Source of the DNA: a virus
DNA length: 21,971 bases
Reading direction: 5' to 3' (one strand)
Virus record (IMG/VR): IMGVR_UViG_3300029593_000033
Part shown: positions 1-7,759 of the stretch, one piece after another
Layout: every line of letters begins with the position of its first letter
How positions within the stretch are numbered: position 1 is the first letter of the stretch
The notes under the pieces: generated by a model
Seen by the model: only the letters and a program-made list of their open reading frames with translations
Databases searched by the model: none
Told to the model about the DNA's origin: nothing
Translations under genes and position numbers: made by a program

Positions 1-90
1 ACCCAAATCATTTTTGAATGATGCTGAAGAAATTGTTCGTGGCAAGATAAATCATTTCTTGAATGAACAAAAAGCAAGAATGGAAGCTGA
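1..90. repeat. Terminal direct repeat: bases 1-90 are identical to 21882-21971. This is the signature of a circular assembly or a direct terminal repeat. Unit genome about 21,881 bp.
   Basis: Read directly: the first 90 nt (acccaaatcatttttgaatgatgctgaag...atggaagctga) recur verbatim at the 3' end of the window. Confidence 0.9.
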
Positions 91-502
91 AGCCCTTGCA
101 ATTAAACAAAAGGCGGAAGATGAAGCCTTGAAACAGGCTGAAGAACTTGAAGCCTTGAAACAGGCTGAAGAACTTGAAGCCTTGAAACAGGCTGAAGAAC
201 TTGAAGCCTTGAAATCGGGTGCGGGGGAATATGATGCTGTCACAAGGAAAGCAATGATTGAAGCAATTGAAGCAAAACAAAACAAAATCATTGATGCAAC
301 CGCAAAGCAAATGGAAATCAACCAATCTTCCGCAAATTCAGTTGTTCGCAAGGTTTGGGCTTTCCGCTTGACTGACTTGTCAAAAGTTCCTTTGCAATAT
401 CTTCAATTGAATGAAACTGCTGTTCGCAATGCAATCAAATCAGGTGAAAGAAACATTGCAGGCTTGGAAATCTTCCAAGAATGTCAAGTTGCTATTAAAT
501 AG
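2..502 (+). CDS. 3' part of the same plus-strand coiled-coil protein. It carries EALKQAEEL nonapeptide repeats. The C-terminal region (VRKVWAFRLTDLSKVPLQYLQLNETAVRNAIKSG) is unrecognised.
   Basis: Frame continuity with 21661-21971. Stop TAG at 500-502, then immediately GGGGGG and the ATG of the next gene. Confidence 0.6.
   Translation, partial: PKSFLNDAEEIVRGKINHFLNEQKARMEAEALAIKQKAEDEALKQAEELEALKQAEELEALKQAEELEALKSGAGEYDAVTRKAMIEAIEAKQNKIIDATAKQMEINQSSANSVVRKVWAFRLTDLSKVPLQYLQLNETAVRNAIKSGERNIAGLEIFQECQVAIK
119..214 (+). repeat. Perfect 27-bp tandem repeat (gaagccttgaaacaggctgaagaactt), about 3.4 copies, in frame inside the coiled-coil CDS.
   Basis: Read directly. The copies are identical at nucleotide level and encode (EALKQAEEL)x3. 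Confidence 0.9.
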
Positions 503-512
503 GGGGGTTATC

Positions 513-674
513 ATGGGAAGAAAGATTTTAAAAGATGATGAAAAAGCTGTTCGCATTACAATCACAATTGACAAGGCAACTGCTGAACTTGTGGAAAAAT
601 ATGCAAAGATTGAAATGTTGCCAATTTCAAGGCTGATTGCCCGAATACTTAAAAGGCATTTTGAAATGAAATAA
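513..674 (+). CDS. Ribbon-helix-helix (CopG/Arc/MetJ-like) DNA-binding protein of 53 aa. Candidate transcriptional regulator or antitoxin-like partner of the upstream gene.
   Basis: MGRKILKDDEKAVRITITIDKATAELVEKYAKIEMLPISRLIARILKRHF: an N-terminal beta strand with alternating residues followed by two helices. The RBS GGGGGG lies 3-8 nt upstream. The start is 10 nt after the upstream stop, so the two genes are translationally coupled. Confidence 0.55.
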   Translation: MGRKILKDDEKAVRITITIDKATAELVEKYAKIEMLPISRLIARILKRHFEMK

Positions 675-680
675 AAGAAA

Positions 681-709
681 GCCCCGCCATTCAGCGGGGT
701 TTCTGTTTA
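681..709. terminator. Bidirectional intrinsic terminator (CCCCGC-cattca-GCGGGG, then TTTCTGTTT). It sits between the convergent plus-strand module and the minus-strand lysis genes.
   Basis: A 6-bp GC stem with a 6-nt loop. T-rich flanks on both strands. Confidence 0.6.
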
Positions 710-883
710 CAACATATTACTTGAAGTCAAAATGAAAAAAATTTTTACTTTCGTTGCACATATTATCAATTGCATTTGCATTTGTCAAGATATGATTGAA
801 AGATTTTATCATTTGCAATATAGTCCCGCACTGTTTTTGGCTGTGGAATTCTTCCTGAAGTTATCGGGCAACAGGTCAAAGGC

Positions 884-1147
884 TTACTTTGGCAAGCACT
901 TTGAAACATCAAAATCAAGCACAAAATCACAATCTTTTTCATCACTTTTCAATTCCCTGTAAACAATCTTTATTTTTTCCGCTGTTTTTTCTTGCTCTGT
1001 GGTGTTTTCTTCTCTCTTTTGGTATAGTTGCACATCTTTCTTCAATTCTTCCTTCTGTGTGGAATTTTTTCCCGCTATAAATCCACCATAAAAAACAAGG
1101 CAAGTCCACAAAATAAAAAACAATAAACTTTTCAACCAATCCATCAT
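884..1147 (-). CDS. Lysis-cassette membrane protein, i-spanin-like. It has an N-terminal TM helix followed by a charged helical periplasmic part. The ORF track extends it to a TTG at 1234.
   Basis: MMDWLKSLLFFILWTCLVFYGGFIAGK..., then a K/E-rich tail. It lies immediately downstream of holin and endolysin. The internal ATG-ATG at 1147 has GGAAG upstream. Confidence 0.35.
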   Translation of the reverse strand: MMDWLKSLLFFILWTCLVFYGGFIAGKNSTQKEELKKDVQLYQKREENTTEQEKTAEKIKIVYRELKSDEKDCDFVLDFDVSKCLPK

Positions 1148-1283
1148 TTGAAAACTTCCACAATTGAAATCAGGGCTGAAAAGCCCTTTTCTGTATTTTC
1201 TGCCATGTAATATGTTATAAGTCCCATTGCCCAACTAATAATCCAAGGGGCAACCTTTGCCAATGCTTCTTTCATCTTTTCCA

Positions 1284-1703
1284 TTATTCAACCCCTATAT
1301 AAAACAAATGATTGCCAATCATAAAATCCGCCTTCTTTCCTTCCGCCCAACTTGGCTTCACATTTATTGTGTGATAATGACAAGCCCCGCAAAGAAAATC
1401 TTTTTCCTTACCATTCACAAAGTCTTCTGCAATTGTCAAGCATTCACCCAATTCAAGCATTGATGCATTCATAATCTTTTGGCGGTTTGGGTCGTTCTTA
1501 TTCCAACAAGAAAATTGCCAAGGCTTTTGGCATGTTTCCGCAATTGTTTTTCCTGAAAACCATTTTTTCGCCTTGTAGCGGTTCATAATAACACAAGCAA
1601 CCGCCTTTTTGCCTGCTGTCTTTTCCCCTCTTGCTTCGCCATAGATGGTGCGGGCAAGAATGTCAATGTCGTTTTCTTTCGTCATTGTCCAACGTCTCCG
1701 CAA
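1284..1703 (-). CDS. Endolysin: SleB/CwlJ-type cell-wall hydrolase (Hydrolase_2 family), single domain.
   Basis: Motifs ARTIYGEARGE, VACVIMNR and QFSCW are characteristic of this family. 139 aa with no binding domain. Overlaps the holin 3' end. Confidence 0.65.
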   Translation of the reverse strand: MRRRWTMTKENDIDILARTIYGEARGEKTAGKKAVACVIMNRYKAKKWFSGKTIAETCQKPWQFSCWNKNDPNRQKIMNASMLELGECLTIAEDFVNGKEKDFLCGACHYHTINVKPSWAEGKKADFMIGNHLFYIGVE

Positions 1704-1890
1704 GGTCTGCTTTTGCTCTTGCTTCCCTGATTTTGTAAATCAAGAAAACAACAGTCAATGCAAAAGTGATAAAGGCTTGGATTTCAGGCAAATGGGTGAT
1801 TATGAATGAACAAGCTGTTGCAAATAAACTTGCAATTGTTGTGTTTAGTGTGTCCCCTTGCATTATGTGCCAAGCCCCTTTCATTGCCAA
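1663..1890 (-). CDS. Class II-like holin: two TM segments and a charged C-terminus.
   Basis: TTIASLFATACSFIITHL and IQAFITFALTVVFLIY, then KIREARAKADLAETLDNDERKRH. Possible dual start (MAMKGAWHIM). Overlaps the endolysin by 41 nt. Confidence 0.55.
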   Translation of the reverse strand: MAMKGAWHIMQGDTLNTTIASLFATACSFIITHLPEIQAFITFALTVVFLIYKIREARAKADLAETLDNDERKRH

Positions 1891-1928
1891 TATTTCCCTT
1901 TCATTATATGAACAGAATTTTCACAAAA

Positions 1929-2213
1929 TCAAGCTCTTTTTTTGGCATACCATTTTTCTTTTGAATATTTCCCTGAATAGTCTTTATCATTCAAGAACAA
2001 ATATGCATGTTCAACATATTTTGAAACATCATCTTTATACATGGGGAAAAAGTCCGAATATACCATATTCATAGCATAATATACACCATTTTCAGAATAG
2101 CGGGCATTTGATGTTGGGTGTCCTGCATCTGCAAAAACCTTCAAAACAGTTTCTTTGTTCCATTTCTCACCCCTTACAAAACAGGTTCTTTTGAATGTAT
2201 CTGTCCAAGCCAA
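1929..2213 (-). CDS. Hypothetical 94-aa protein between the tail-fibre chaperone and the holin.
   Basis: ORF only. No motif recognised. Confidence 0.3.
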   Translation of the reverse strand: MAWTDTFKRTCFVRGEKWNKETVLKVFADAGHPTSNARYSENGVYYAMNMVYSDFFPMYKDDVSKYVEHAYLFLNDKDYSGKYSKEKWYAKKRA

Positions 2214-2563
2214 TTTTCAAAGCTTAAAACATCAACATTTGGAAATGCGGGGTCATCTGTAATGTTTCGCAAATATTTCCTATAAAGAAGCCAAAGTTCT
2301 TTTTCTTCTGCTGAAATAGGAAAATCGGGAAGCATGCGAATGTCTGAATCTTCCAAAAGGCGGTTTCTGTCCGCTCTTTTTTCTTCCGCCAATACTTCTT
2401 CAGGCTTTGCGGGGGCATATCCTGCCAAATACCAATTTCCCGCATAATCTTGTTCAACTTCCATTTCTTCCATGCCAATTGAAGCATAAAAATTGTTATT
2501 TGTTCCCAAGCCAACTTCACAAGCTTTGGTTTCTTCATTTATTATTTTTGCATATTTTTTCAT
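2174..2563 (-). CDS. Tail fibre assembly chaperone (Caudovirales Tfa / P2 gpG-like).
   Basis: The C-terminal motif LLEDSDIRMLPDFPISAEEKELWLLYRKYLRNI...FPNVDVLSFENW matches the conserved Tfa signature (SDw..lpD...W..YR..LRdi...fP). Lies directly downstream of the fibre gene. Confidence 0.6.
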   Translation of the reverse strand: MKKYAKIINEETKACEVGLGTNNNFYASIGMEEMEVEQDYAGNWYLAGYAPAKPEEVLAEEKRADRNRLLEDSDIRMLPDFPISAEEKELWLLYRKYLRNITDDPAFPNVDVLSFENWLGQIHSKEPVL

Positions 2564-2564
2564 T

Positions 2565-3635
2565 TTAATTTACTCCTTTGCAAGGGAAGAACATAAGTAT
2601 TTTCCCTTCACCCGTTAATTTATAATTATCTCCTTTAGAAAGTGGAAGCATTAATGCAACACCATGTGAATATTGTGCCTGCGTTGTCAAGTTTATAGAC
2701 ACACCATTTATTATTAAAACATTTGCTTTTGTAGCCCCACTATAATTATATAAAAGAAAGCCGTCAACCTCTGCGGTGTATTGAGTATTATTTGCCTTCT
2801 TAACCCCCGCACTATAATCAGGCATACCCCAACCAACAGAAGCTTCCTTGAAGCTTGAAGCAACACTTGCAACATTTGAAAGGTCGCTATTGGCTTTTAT
2901 ATTCAAATCTTCATAAACTTTGTTTATGTCAACCCCAACTTCTGCGGTCTGTCCTTCGGTGGATATTACCATATAATAAGGGTATTTTATATGGTCGGGC
3001 TGAACTTTTGCCCCCTCTTGGTAGGTGGGGTTATATGTTGTTAATGAAATATTTGATATTTGCGGTGAACTTCCATCCTTTCCAACCGTATTTCCATCAC
3101 CTCTTGCAAGTCCTGTCTTATCTGCTGTATGATTTCTATGCCACAATGAATTGCCTTCGCCACTTCCTGTTGTCTTAACATTTATATTAGGCAAGCTTTC
3201 CGCATAACTTTTTCCAATTTCTGAAAGTGTTATTGTTGCACCAATAAAGCGGGTTATTTTTGGGATTCTTACATAATCATTTGTAATGACAAATCGCCCG
3301 CATTGTCCATAAGCTGAAACATCTGAATTATATTCTTCTTCTGAACAAGAAAACCAATTGCCCGCTTGCACCTGTTCAACAACTTTATTGCAAAAAGCTT
3401 CATATGTTCCCTTTCTTGAAAGTGTTTTTCCGTCAAGTAAAGTGAACCTTTCATCACTTATTTTTCCAACTGCGGGAATAATGAAACCTGTCGGCAAGGA
3501 AGAACCCAACCATGCTTTTAATTGTTTCAAGGTCACCGCTTTTGTGTCCGTTGCTGTGTCAACAGGCAAAACCATGTCTGCCAATACTTCATCAGCAAGT
3601 TCCAATTGTGAAATTTGAATTTCTTCTGTTGCCAT
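2565..3635 (-). CDS. Tail fibre / receptor-binding protein with a phage tail-collar-like motif.
   Basis: LPTGFIIPAVGKISDERFTLLDGKTLSRKGTYEAF resembles the tail-collar domain (P.G.i....l.cdG..ls...y..Lf). 356 aa. Position after the baseplate genes. Confidence 0.5.
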   Translation of the reverse strand: MATEEIQISQLELADEVLADMVLPVDTATDTKAVTLKQLKAWLGSSLPTGFIIPAVGKISDERFTLLDGKTLSRKGTYEAFCNKVVEQVQAGNWFSCSEEEYNSDVSAYGQCGRFVITNDYVRIPKITRFIGATITLSEIGKSYAESLPNINVKTTGSGEGNSLWHRNHTADKTGLARGDGNTVGKDGSSPQISNISLTTYNPTYQEGAKVQPDHIKYPYYMVISTEGQTAEVGVDINKVYEDLNIKANSDLSNVASVASSFKEASVGWGMPDYSAGVKKANNTQYTAEVDGFLLYNYSGATKANVLIINGVSINLTTQAQYSHGVALMLPLSKGDNYKLTGEGKILMFFPCKGVN

Positions 3636-4159
3636 TATACTTTCCCTTCTTCATTTAAAGTGAATTCAACAAAAGTTCCCGCCTTTGTCGTTGCCTTTAG
3701 AATTTGAAGCAATTCCCTGTCGGTCACTTCTGCTAATATTTGTTTAAATATGATTGCTTTGCCATCTTTGGTGATGACTTGTTTTTTTGATTTTGTAATC
3801 CACAAATAAAACTTTTGAACAGGGGCAACAATGTCAATCTTCAAATGCAATGGTTCTTGTGTGATTGTGATTTTTGCTTCCCTGCCAAATATTGCATATA
3901 AAATTTTCAAATATGCTTCAACAGAACCCAAAGTTTTTTCACCCTCTAAAATTTGTGAATAAGCCTTCACAAACAATGATTTTTCCAAGGTCTTGTAAAT
4001 GGGCATCAATTGTTCTTCATAGATTATTCGCCCTAATTCGGGGCTTTGATATGCTGTTTTATAGTAATTTTCTATATCAAGCAAGGTTTGTTGTGCAAGT
4101 TTGGAATATATATCCCAAAATCTTTTTTCCTCTTGCTCGCCTGTTACAAATTGAACCAT
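3635..4159 (-). CDS. Baseplate protein, P2 gpI-like.
   Basis: Size (174 aa) and position after the J-like gene with start-stop overlap. Weak motif support. Confidence 0.35.
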   Translation of the reverse strand: MVQFVTGEQEEKRFWDIYSKLAQQTLLDIENYYKTAYQSPELGRIIYEEQLMPIYKTLEKSLFVKAYSQILEGEKTLGSVEAYLKILYAIFGREAKITITQEPLHLKIDIVAPVQKFYLWITKSKKQVITKDGKAIIFKQILAEVTDRELLQILKATTKAGTFVEFTLNEEGKV

Positions 4160-4971
4160 TAAATCACCTCAACTTCCACATCATCAGGGTTGATTGTGAA
4201 TTTTTCATCAAACATTGCTTCAAGAATATCTGTTTTATATTCTCCATTTGTCATGTAGCTTATATTTATTTCAGAAGCAAAAGGCAAATCCCTATCCCTG
4301 CACAAGAAAATTTGCGGTTCAAAATCAAATCCTAATCGGTAGAACTTCGCAAAATTTGCAAGGAATTTATTTTTTATTTCAGCAGGTGTTTCAACAAATA
4401 ATGTGCTATTTTCTGAAACTCTCACTTGAATTTTGATTTTTAAAGCTGTTTCAGAAGGAAGGTCAAATGCATAGTTGAAAACTTGCCCATTTGATGCGGT
4501 CACCTGTCCTTGTTCTGTTCCGTTATAGAATAAACCTGCCCCCATATTTTCATGAAGAATTTTGAATATTTGGGCTTTGCGGTCTTCATAATCATCAGAA
4601 GTGTTGTCAACATCAACCGCCAAGAATATTTGCCCCGCTTCGCTTTCATCTTCAATTCTTTTTATTGAAGAAACAAGCCCCAATTCATCTTTGATTATTT
4701 GCATGATGCCATCATAAGAACTGCGGGGAATGATTAAACTTTCATTTTGTGTTCTGATATAGTCTTGAAGTTTCACCCCAAGTTCTGCAATGTTGTTTTC
4801 AACTGTCATCAAGCCTTGAATGGTTGCATATAAGAATTTCCAAAGGTTTGTTCCTGTGAAGCTTTGGGAAGTGTAGCTTGTTCCAAATTGTTCATTCACA
4901 ACCTGAACACATTCTGCCAAAATTGTTTCATAGCTTCTTGGTGAATATCCGTTTGTCACTGTATATGTCAT
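4159..4971 (-). CDS. Baseplate wedge protein, Baseplate_J (P2 gpJ / T4 gp6-like).
   Basis: The N-terminal SYETILAECVQVVNEQFG...NLWKFLYATIQGLMTVENNIAEL pattern and the gene order W-J-I-fibre. Confidence 0.45.
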   Translation of the reverse strand: MTYTVTNGYSPRSYETILAECVQVVNEQFGTSYTSQSFTGTNLWKFLYATIQGLMTVENNIAELGVKLQDYIRTQNESLIIPRSSYDGIMQIIKDELGLVSSIKRIEDESEAGQIFLAVDVDNTSDDYEDRKAQIFKILHENMGAGLFYNGTEQGQVTASNGQVFNYAFDLPSETALKIKIQVRVSENSTLFVETPAEIKNKFLANFAKFYRLGFDFEPQIFLCRDRDLPFASEINISYMTNGEYKTDILEAMFDEKFTINPDDVEVEVI

Positions 4972-5273
4972 TGTGCAATCAATCCTTCCTTCTCTGCTTC
5001 CGCAACTGTATATTCAAACACTTGGCGGAATGTTTCTTTGTTTACAATCAATTCAATAGGGTTCACCCCTTGTTCACCCAACTTTTGAATGCTGTATGCT
5101 TCAAAGGTTCGGTTTTGTATTTTCACTTCAGGGTCAAGAAATCTTTTTAAATCAATCCCCAATTCAGGGGCATAGTTCAAAGAACCTTCCTGTGTTTCCA
5201 AGATGTTTTTTGCCTTGAAAACAATTGTGTCACTTGTCTTGAACTCTCCATTTTCAATGAAACCATCAATCAT
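4968..5273 (-). CDS. Baseplate wedge protein, gp25/GPW-like.
   Basis: 101 aa. NYAPELGIDLKRFLDPE resembles the gp25 P.fG..l..l.F.p motif. Position before the J-like gene. Confidence 0.4.
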   Translation of the reverse strand: MIDGFIENGEFKTSDTIVFKAKNILETQEGSLNYAPELGIDLKRFLDPEVKIQNRTFEAYSIQKLGEQGVNPIELIVNKETFRQVFEYTVAEAEKEGLIAQ

Positions 5274-5599
5274 TTCAATTTTCCCCTTAACTCATCAACC
5301 TGTTTTTTCAAATCTGTCAATTCTTGTGCAAAAGTTGGGCTTGTAATATCCCCGCCCATGTTGGCTTGCATGATGCCTGAAGCAATTGTGAATAAACTTG
5401 TGGATAATAATTGTAATGTTGTGGATAAATCAGGGCTTCTTTTGGGTATATAAACAAGTTCACCTTCAGCCATAATGATGAAACCTTCACTGTCCCCGCC
5501 TTCGCCCAAAATAGGGCAATCAACCACAACCCCGCTGTCTGCTGTTATCACTCCACCTGTTCTTTTTGCTTCAAATATTTTCATAAATGAACCTTTCAA
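5270..5599 (-). CDS. Small baseplate spike, gpV-like: an OB-fold N-terminus with a C-terminal coiled coil.
   Basis: GGVITADSGVVVDCPILGEGG...GELVYIPK resembles the Phage_base_V OB domain. C-terminal TFAQELTDLKKQVDELRGKLK. Contains two DnaA-box 9-mers. Confidence 0.35.
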   Translation of the reverse strand: MKGSFMKIFEAKRTGGVITADSGVVVDCPILGEGGDSEGFIIMAEGELVYIPKRSPDLSTTLQLLSTSLFTIASGIMQANMGGDITSPTFAQELTDLKKQVDELRGKLK

Positions 5600-6095
5600 T
5601 TTTGTAGGTGTTCAACCTTACATCAACAAATGCTTCAAAACCTGAAATCTGTTGCAAATCTTGGTCAAGGGCAAAGGCTTGAGGGATATTTGGGAAGGTC
5701 AAATATGCCCCATTTGCATAATTCAACCTTTGCAAAATAACCAATGCCCTTGGTGTTATTGTTCCAAGTTTTACATTATATGTCAATTTATTTTTTGATA
5801 AAACTTCTTCAGGGCTTCCCGCATAGTTTACAACTGCGGGAATAATACCATAAACCAATTGCCCTGTGAATGAATAGTTTGGGAAGTTTGCAAGGCTTTC
5901 AAATGTCCAAAAGTCACGAACCTTGAAAAGCTTTGTGCCATTCTTATTTTCCCAAAGTTTTATTTCCCCAACAAAATCAGGAAAAAACTTATAAAATCCA
6001 TTTTCACATATTAGTTTCATATCCAACCCATACATCTGAAGTTTCGGGGTCAACATAGCAAGCAACCTTCCCTTTGTCATAAGGGTTTCGCCCAT
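5571..6095 (-). CDS. Hypothetical tail or baseplate protein. The start is uncertain and ATG 6020 is a possible alternative.
   Basis: ORF. Overlaps the upstream ORF by 92 nt if the first ATG is used. Confidence 0.35.
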   Translation of the reverse strand: MGETLMTKGRLLAMLTPKLQMYGLDMKLICENGFYKFFPDFVGEIKLWENKNGTKLFKVRDFWTFESLANFPNYSFTGQLVYGIIPAVVNYAGSPEEVLSKNKLTYNVKLGTITPRALVILQRLNYANGAYLTFPNIPQAFALDQDLQQISGFEAFVDVRLNTYKIERFIYENI

Positions 6096-6270
6096 TCAAA
6101 GAAGGTGTCAACATTTCCCCCATAAATATCACCGAAAAAGAAAATCCCTTTATAAAGACAATTTCTTGTTGTCCCAAATCTTCCAATTCTTTTGTAAAGA
6201 CTTCTTGCGGAATGCCTTTTGCTTCAAATTCAGCTTTGTTTCCTATGTTATACCATGCAACTGTCATCAC
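6004..6270 (-). CDS. Hypothetical 88-aa tail-module protein.
   Basis: ORF. ATGA overlap with the upstream gene at 6267-6270. Confidence 0.35.
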   Translation of the reverse strand: MMTVAWYNIGNKAEFEAKGIPQEVFTKELEDLGQQEIVFIKGFSFSVIFMGEMLTPSLNGRNPYDKGKVACYVDPETSDVWVGYETNM

Positions 6271-6800
6271 TTAAACACCTTTAAAGTTTCACCGAATTTT
6301 TTCAAAACTGACTCAATGACTTTTGATTCTTCACTTCTGTTTGTCAATGTAAATGTGACAACCCTTGTGTCGGTGTTTTCCACTGTTGTCACTGCAAAAT
6401 CTTTCAAAGATGCATTGGTCATGAAAACATCATCATAATAAAAATATATTTTATATGCTTGATAATTAACCCGCTTCAATATTTGTTCAAATAAAGCAAG
6501 AAATCCTTGAAATGCAACATTGTCTTTTTGTGCCTTCAAAATCACCTTTACATCTGAAGAAATCACCCTTTCATAGTTGTGGTTTTCGTCTTGTTCAAAT
6601 TCAATATTGATGCTTCTTTCATGGTCATCAAGAATAATTCCTGTCAACTTCTCATCTAAATAAACAGGAATTGAAACAAGTGGAATGTCAAAATTGAATA
6701 TGCTGTCTTCCCCTATATTGAAGCCCACTTTGTTCAGAATAGATGCTGAACTAATGCTTGCAAAATTAAAAACCAAAACAGGTGCTGTTCCGCCTAACAT
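6267..6800 (-). CDS. Hypothetical tail protein immediately after the tape measure.
   Basis: ORF. Stop-start overlap with the tape-measure gene. Confidence 0.35.
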   Translation of the reverse strand: MLGGTAPVLVFNFASISSASILNKVGFNIGEDSIFNFDIPLVSIPVYLDEKLTGIILDDHERSINIEFEQDENHNYERVISSDVKVILKAQKDNVAFQGFLALFEQILKRVNYQAYKIYFYYDDVFMTNASLKDFAVTTVENTDTRVVTFTLTNRSEESKVIESVLKKFGETLKVFK

Positions 6801-7759
6801 TATTTAAAAACCCCCCCTGCCCATTTTCCAAGTTTGGAATTTATTAACCAATTGTATAATCTTTCAAGAATACCAACACTTTTTTCAAGAAGTGGTGCAA
6901 TCTTTGCTTGCATATCCGCAAGAATGATTTTGCTTTCTTCTGTTGCTTGTTGCATGCGGGCAAACATTTCATAATTGCTTAAATTTATGTTTTCCGCTTC
7001 CTGCTTCTTTCTTTCAAGCTCGCTTTGCATTTTAATTGTTTCATTTGTGATGTTTTGTGATTTTGCCAAAAGATTTTCAACATCAAGTCTTCCCCTCATG
7101 ATTGATTGCTTGCCTTCTGTGCCTGCAAGCTTTTCAATTGCCCTTGTTGTTTGTTCCGCTGTGGTTTTTCCAAAAAGTTGTCTGTGTCGCTCTTGAACAT
7201 CTGTGTTGATTAACTCCGCCAATTTGGCAACATCATCTTCACCAAGAATTTTTGCCCCAAAATATGCTCTTTGTTCAGGGCTTAATTCTCGCAAACTGCG
7301 AACCATTTTGAAAAAGCCTGTCAACAAATCTTCGTTCACAAATTCTTTCAACATTTGGTCTTTTCCCGCCTTTGCTTCACCAACTTTCACCGCATAAGCT
7401 GTCAACATTGCCCGAAAGTCTTCTTCCTGAATGCCTGCACTTTTGGCAATTGCTGTTGCTTGGAAAAGCTGTCCTGAAGAAACACCAAGTTGCTTTGCCC
7501 TTGAACTTATGTCATCATATCTTCTTAAAGTTTCATCAAGTGTTGAATTCAGGCTGTCAATGGGGTTTGTCATCATTGCTGAAATGCCTGCAACCGCACC
7601 GCCTGCAATAATTCCCCTTAATTTTGAACCAACTGTCCGCAAAGCACCGCCAAATTTCTTGGCAACCCTTGCAAACCTTCCATTTAAATCACTTTCAAGC
7701 TTTCTTCCATCACTTGCGGAAATTGTCGGTTTTATATTTAGAATATAACTGTCTGCCAT
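6800..7759 (-). CDS. Tail tape measure protein (319 aa).
   Basis: Position after the frameshifted chaperone pair. Long helical, coiled-coil-rich sequence with a Gly/Ala-rich hydrophobic N-terminal segment (IIAGGAVAGISAMM). Confidence 0.55.
   Translation of the reverse strand: MADSYILNIKPTISASDGRKLESDLNGRFARVAKKFGGALRTVGSKLRGIIAGGAVAGISAMMTNPIDSLNSTLDETLRRYDDISSRAKQLGVSSGQLFQATAIAKSAGIQEEDFRAMLTAYAVKVGEAKAGKDQMLKEFVNEDLLTGFFKMVRSLRELSPEQRAYFGAKILGEDDVAKLAELINTDVQERHRQLFGKTTAEQTTRAIEKLAGTEGKQSIMRGRLDVENLLAKSQNITNETIKMQSELERKKQEAENINLSNYEMFARMQQATEESKIILADMQAKIAPLLEKSVGILERLYNWLINSKLGKWAGGVFK

Noticed and set aside
119-214. Possible CRISPR array
   Set aside because: The repeats are directly adjacent with no spacers, in frame and coding. 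No CRISPR-like repeat-spacer periodicity occurs anywhere in the window.
8-351. Minus-strand ORFs 8..325 and 52..351 with FKASSSSAC / FQGFKFFSL repeats
   Set aside because: They are antisense shadows of the 27-bp tandem repeat in the plus-strand coiled-coil gene. They have no RBS and a repetitive, artefactual composition.
732-962. Plus-strand ORF of 76 aa after the terminator
   Set aside because: No RBS, Cys/Ile-rich low-complexity translation, and it overlaps the 3' end of the minus-strand lysis gene. More likely non-coding.
942-1163. Embedded minus-strand ORF (73 aa) as a possible Rz1-like o-spanin inside the spanin-like gene
   Set aside because: There is no signal peptide plus lipobox Cys. 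VDLPC and LWTC do not fit the [LVI][ASTVI][GAS]C pattern.
2855-4436. Plus-strand ORFs (2855..3178, 3358..3618, 3874..4335, 4215..4436) and many other plus-strand ORFs inside the structural region
   Set aside because: They lie opposite well-supported, tightly packed minus-strand genes, lack RBS signals and have AT-rich shadow-frame composition.
6047-6055. Extra copy of TATGTTGAC (the -35 part of the promoter module) on the minus strand inside gene 6004-6270
   Set aside because: It lacks the upstream ATATGAAAAA repeats and a -10 element and sits inside coding sequence. Likely chance.
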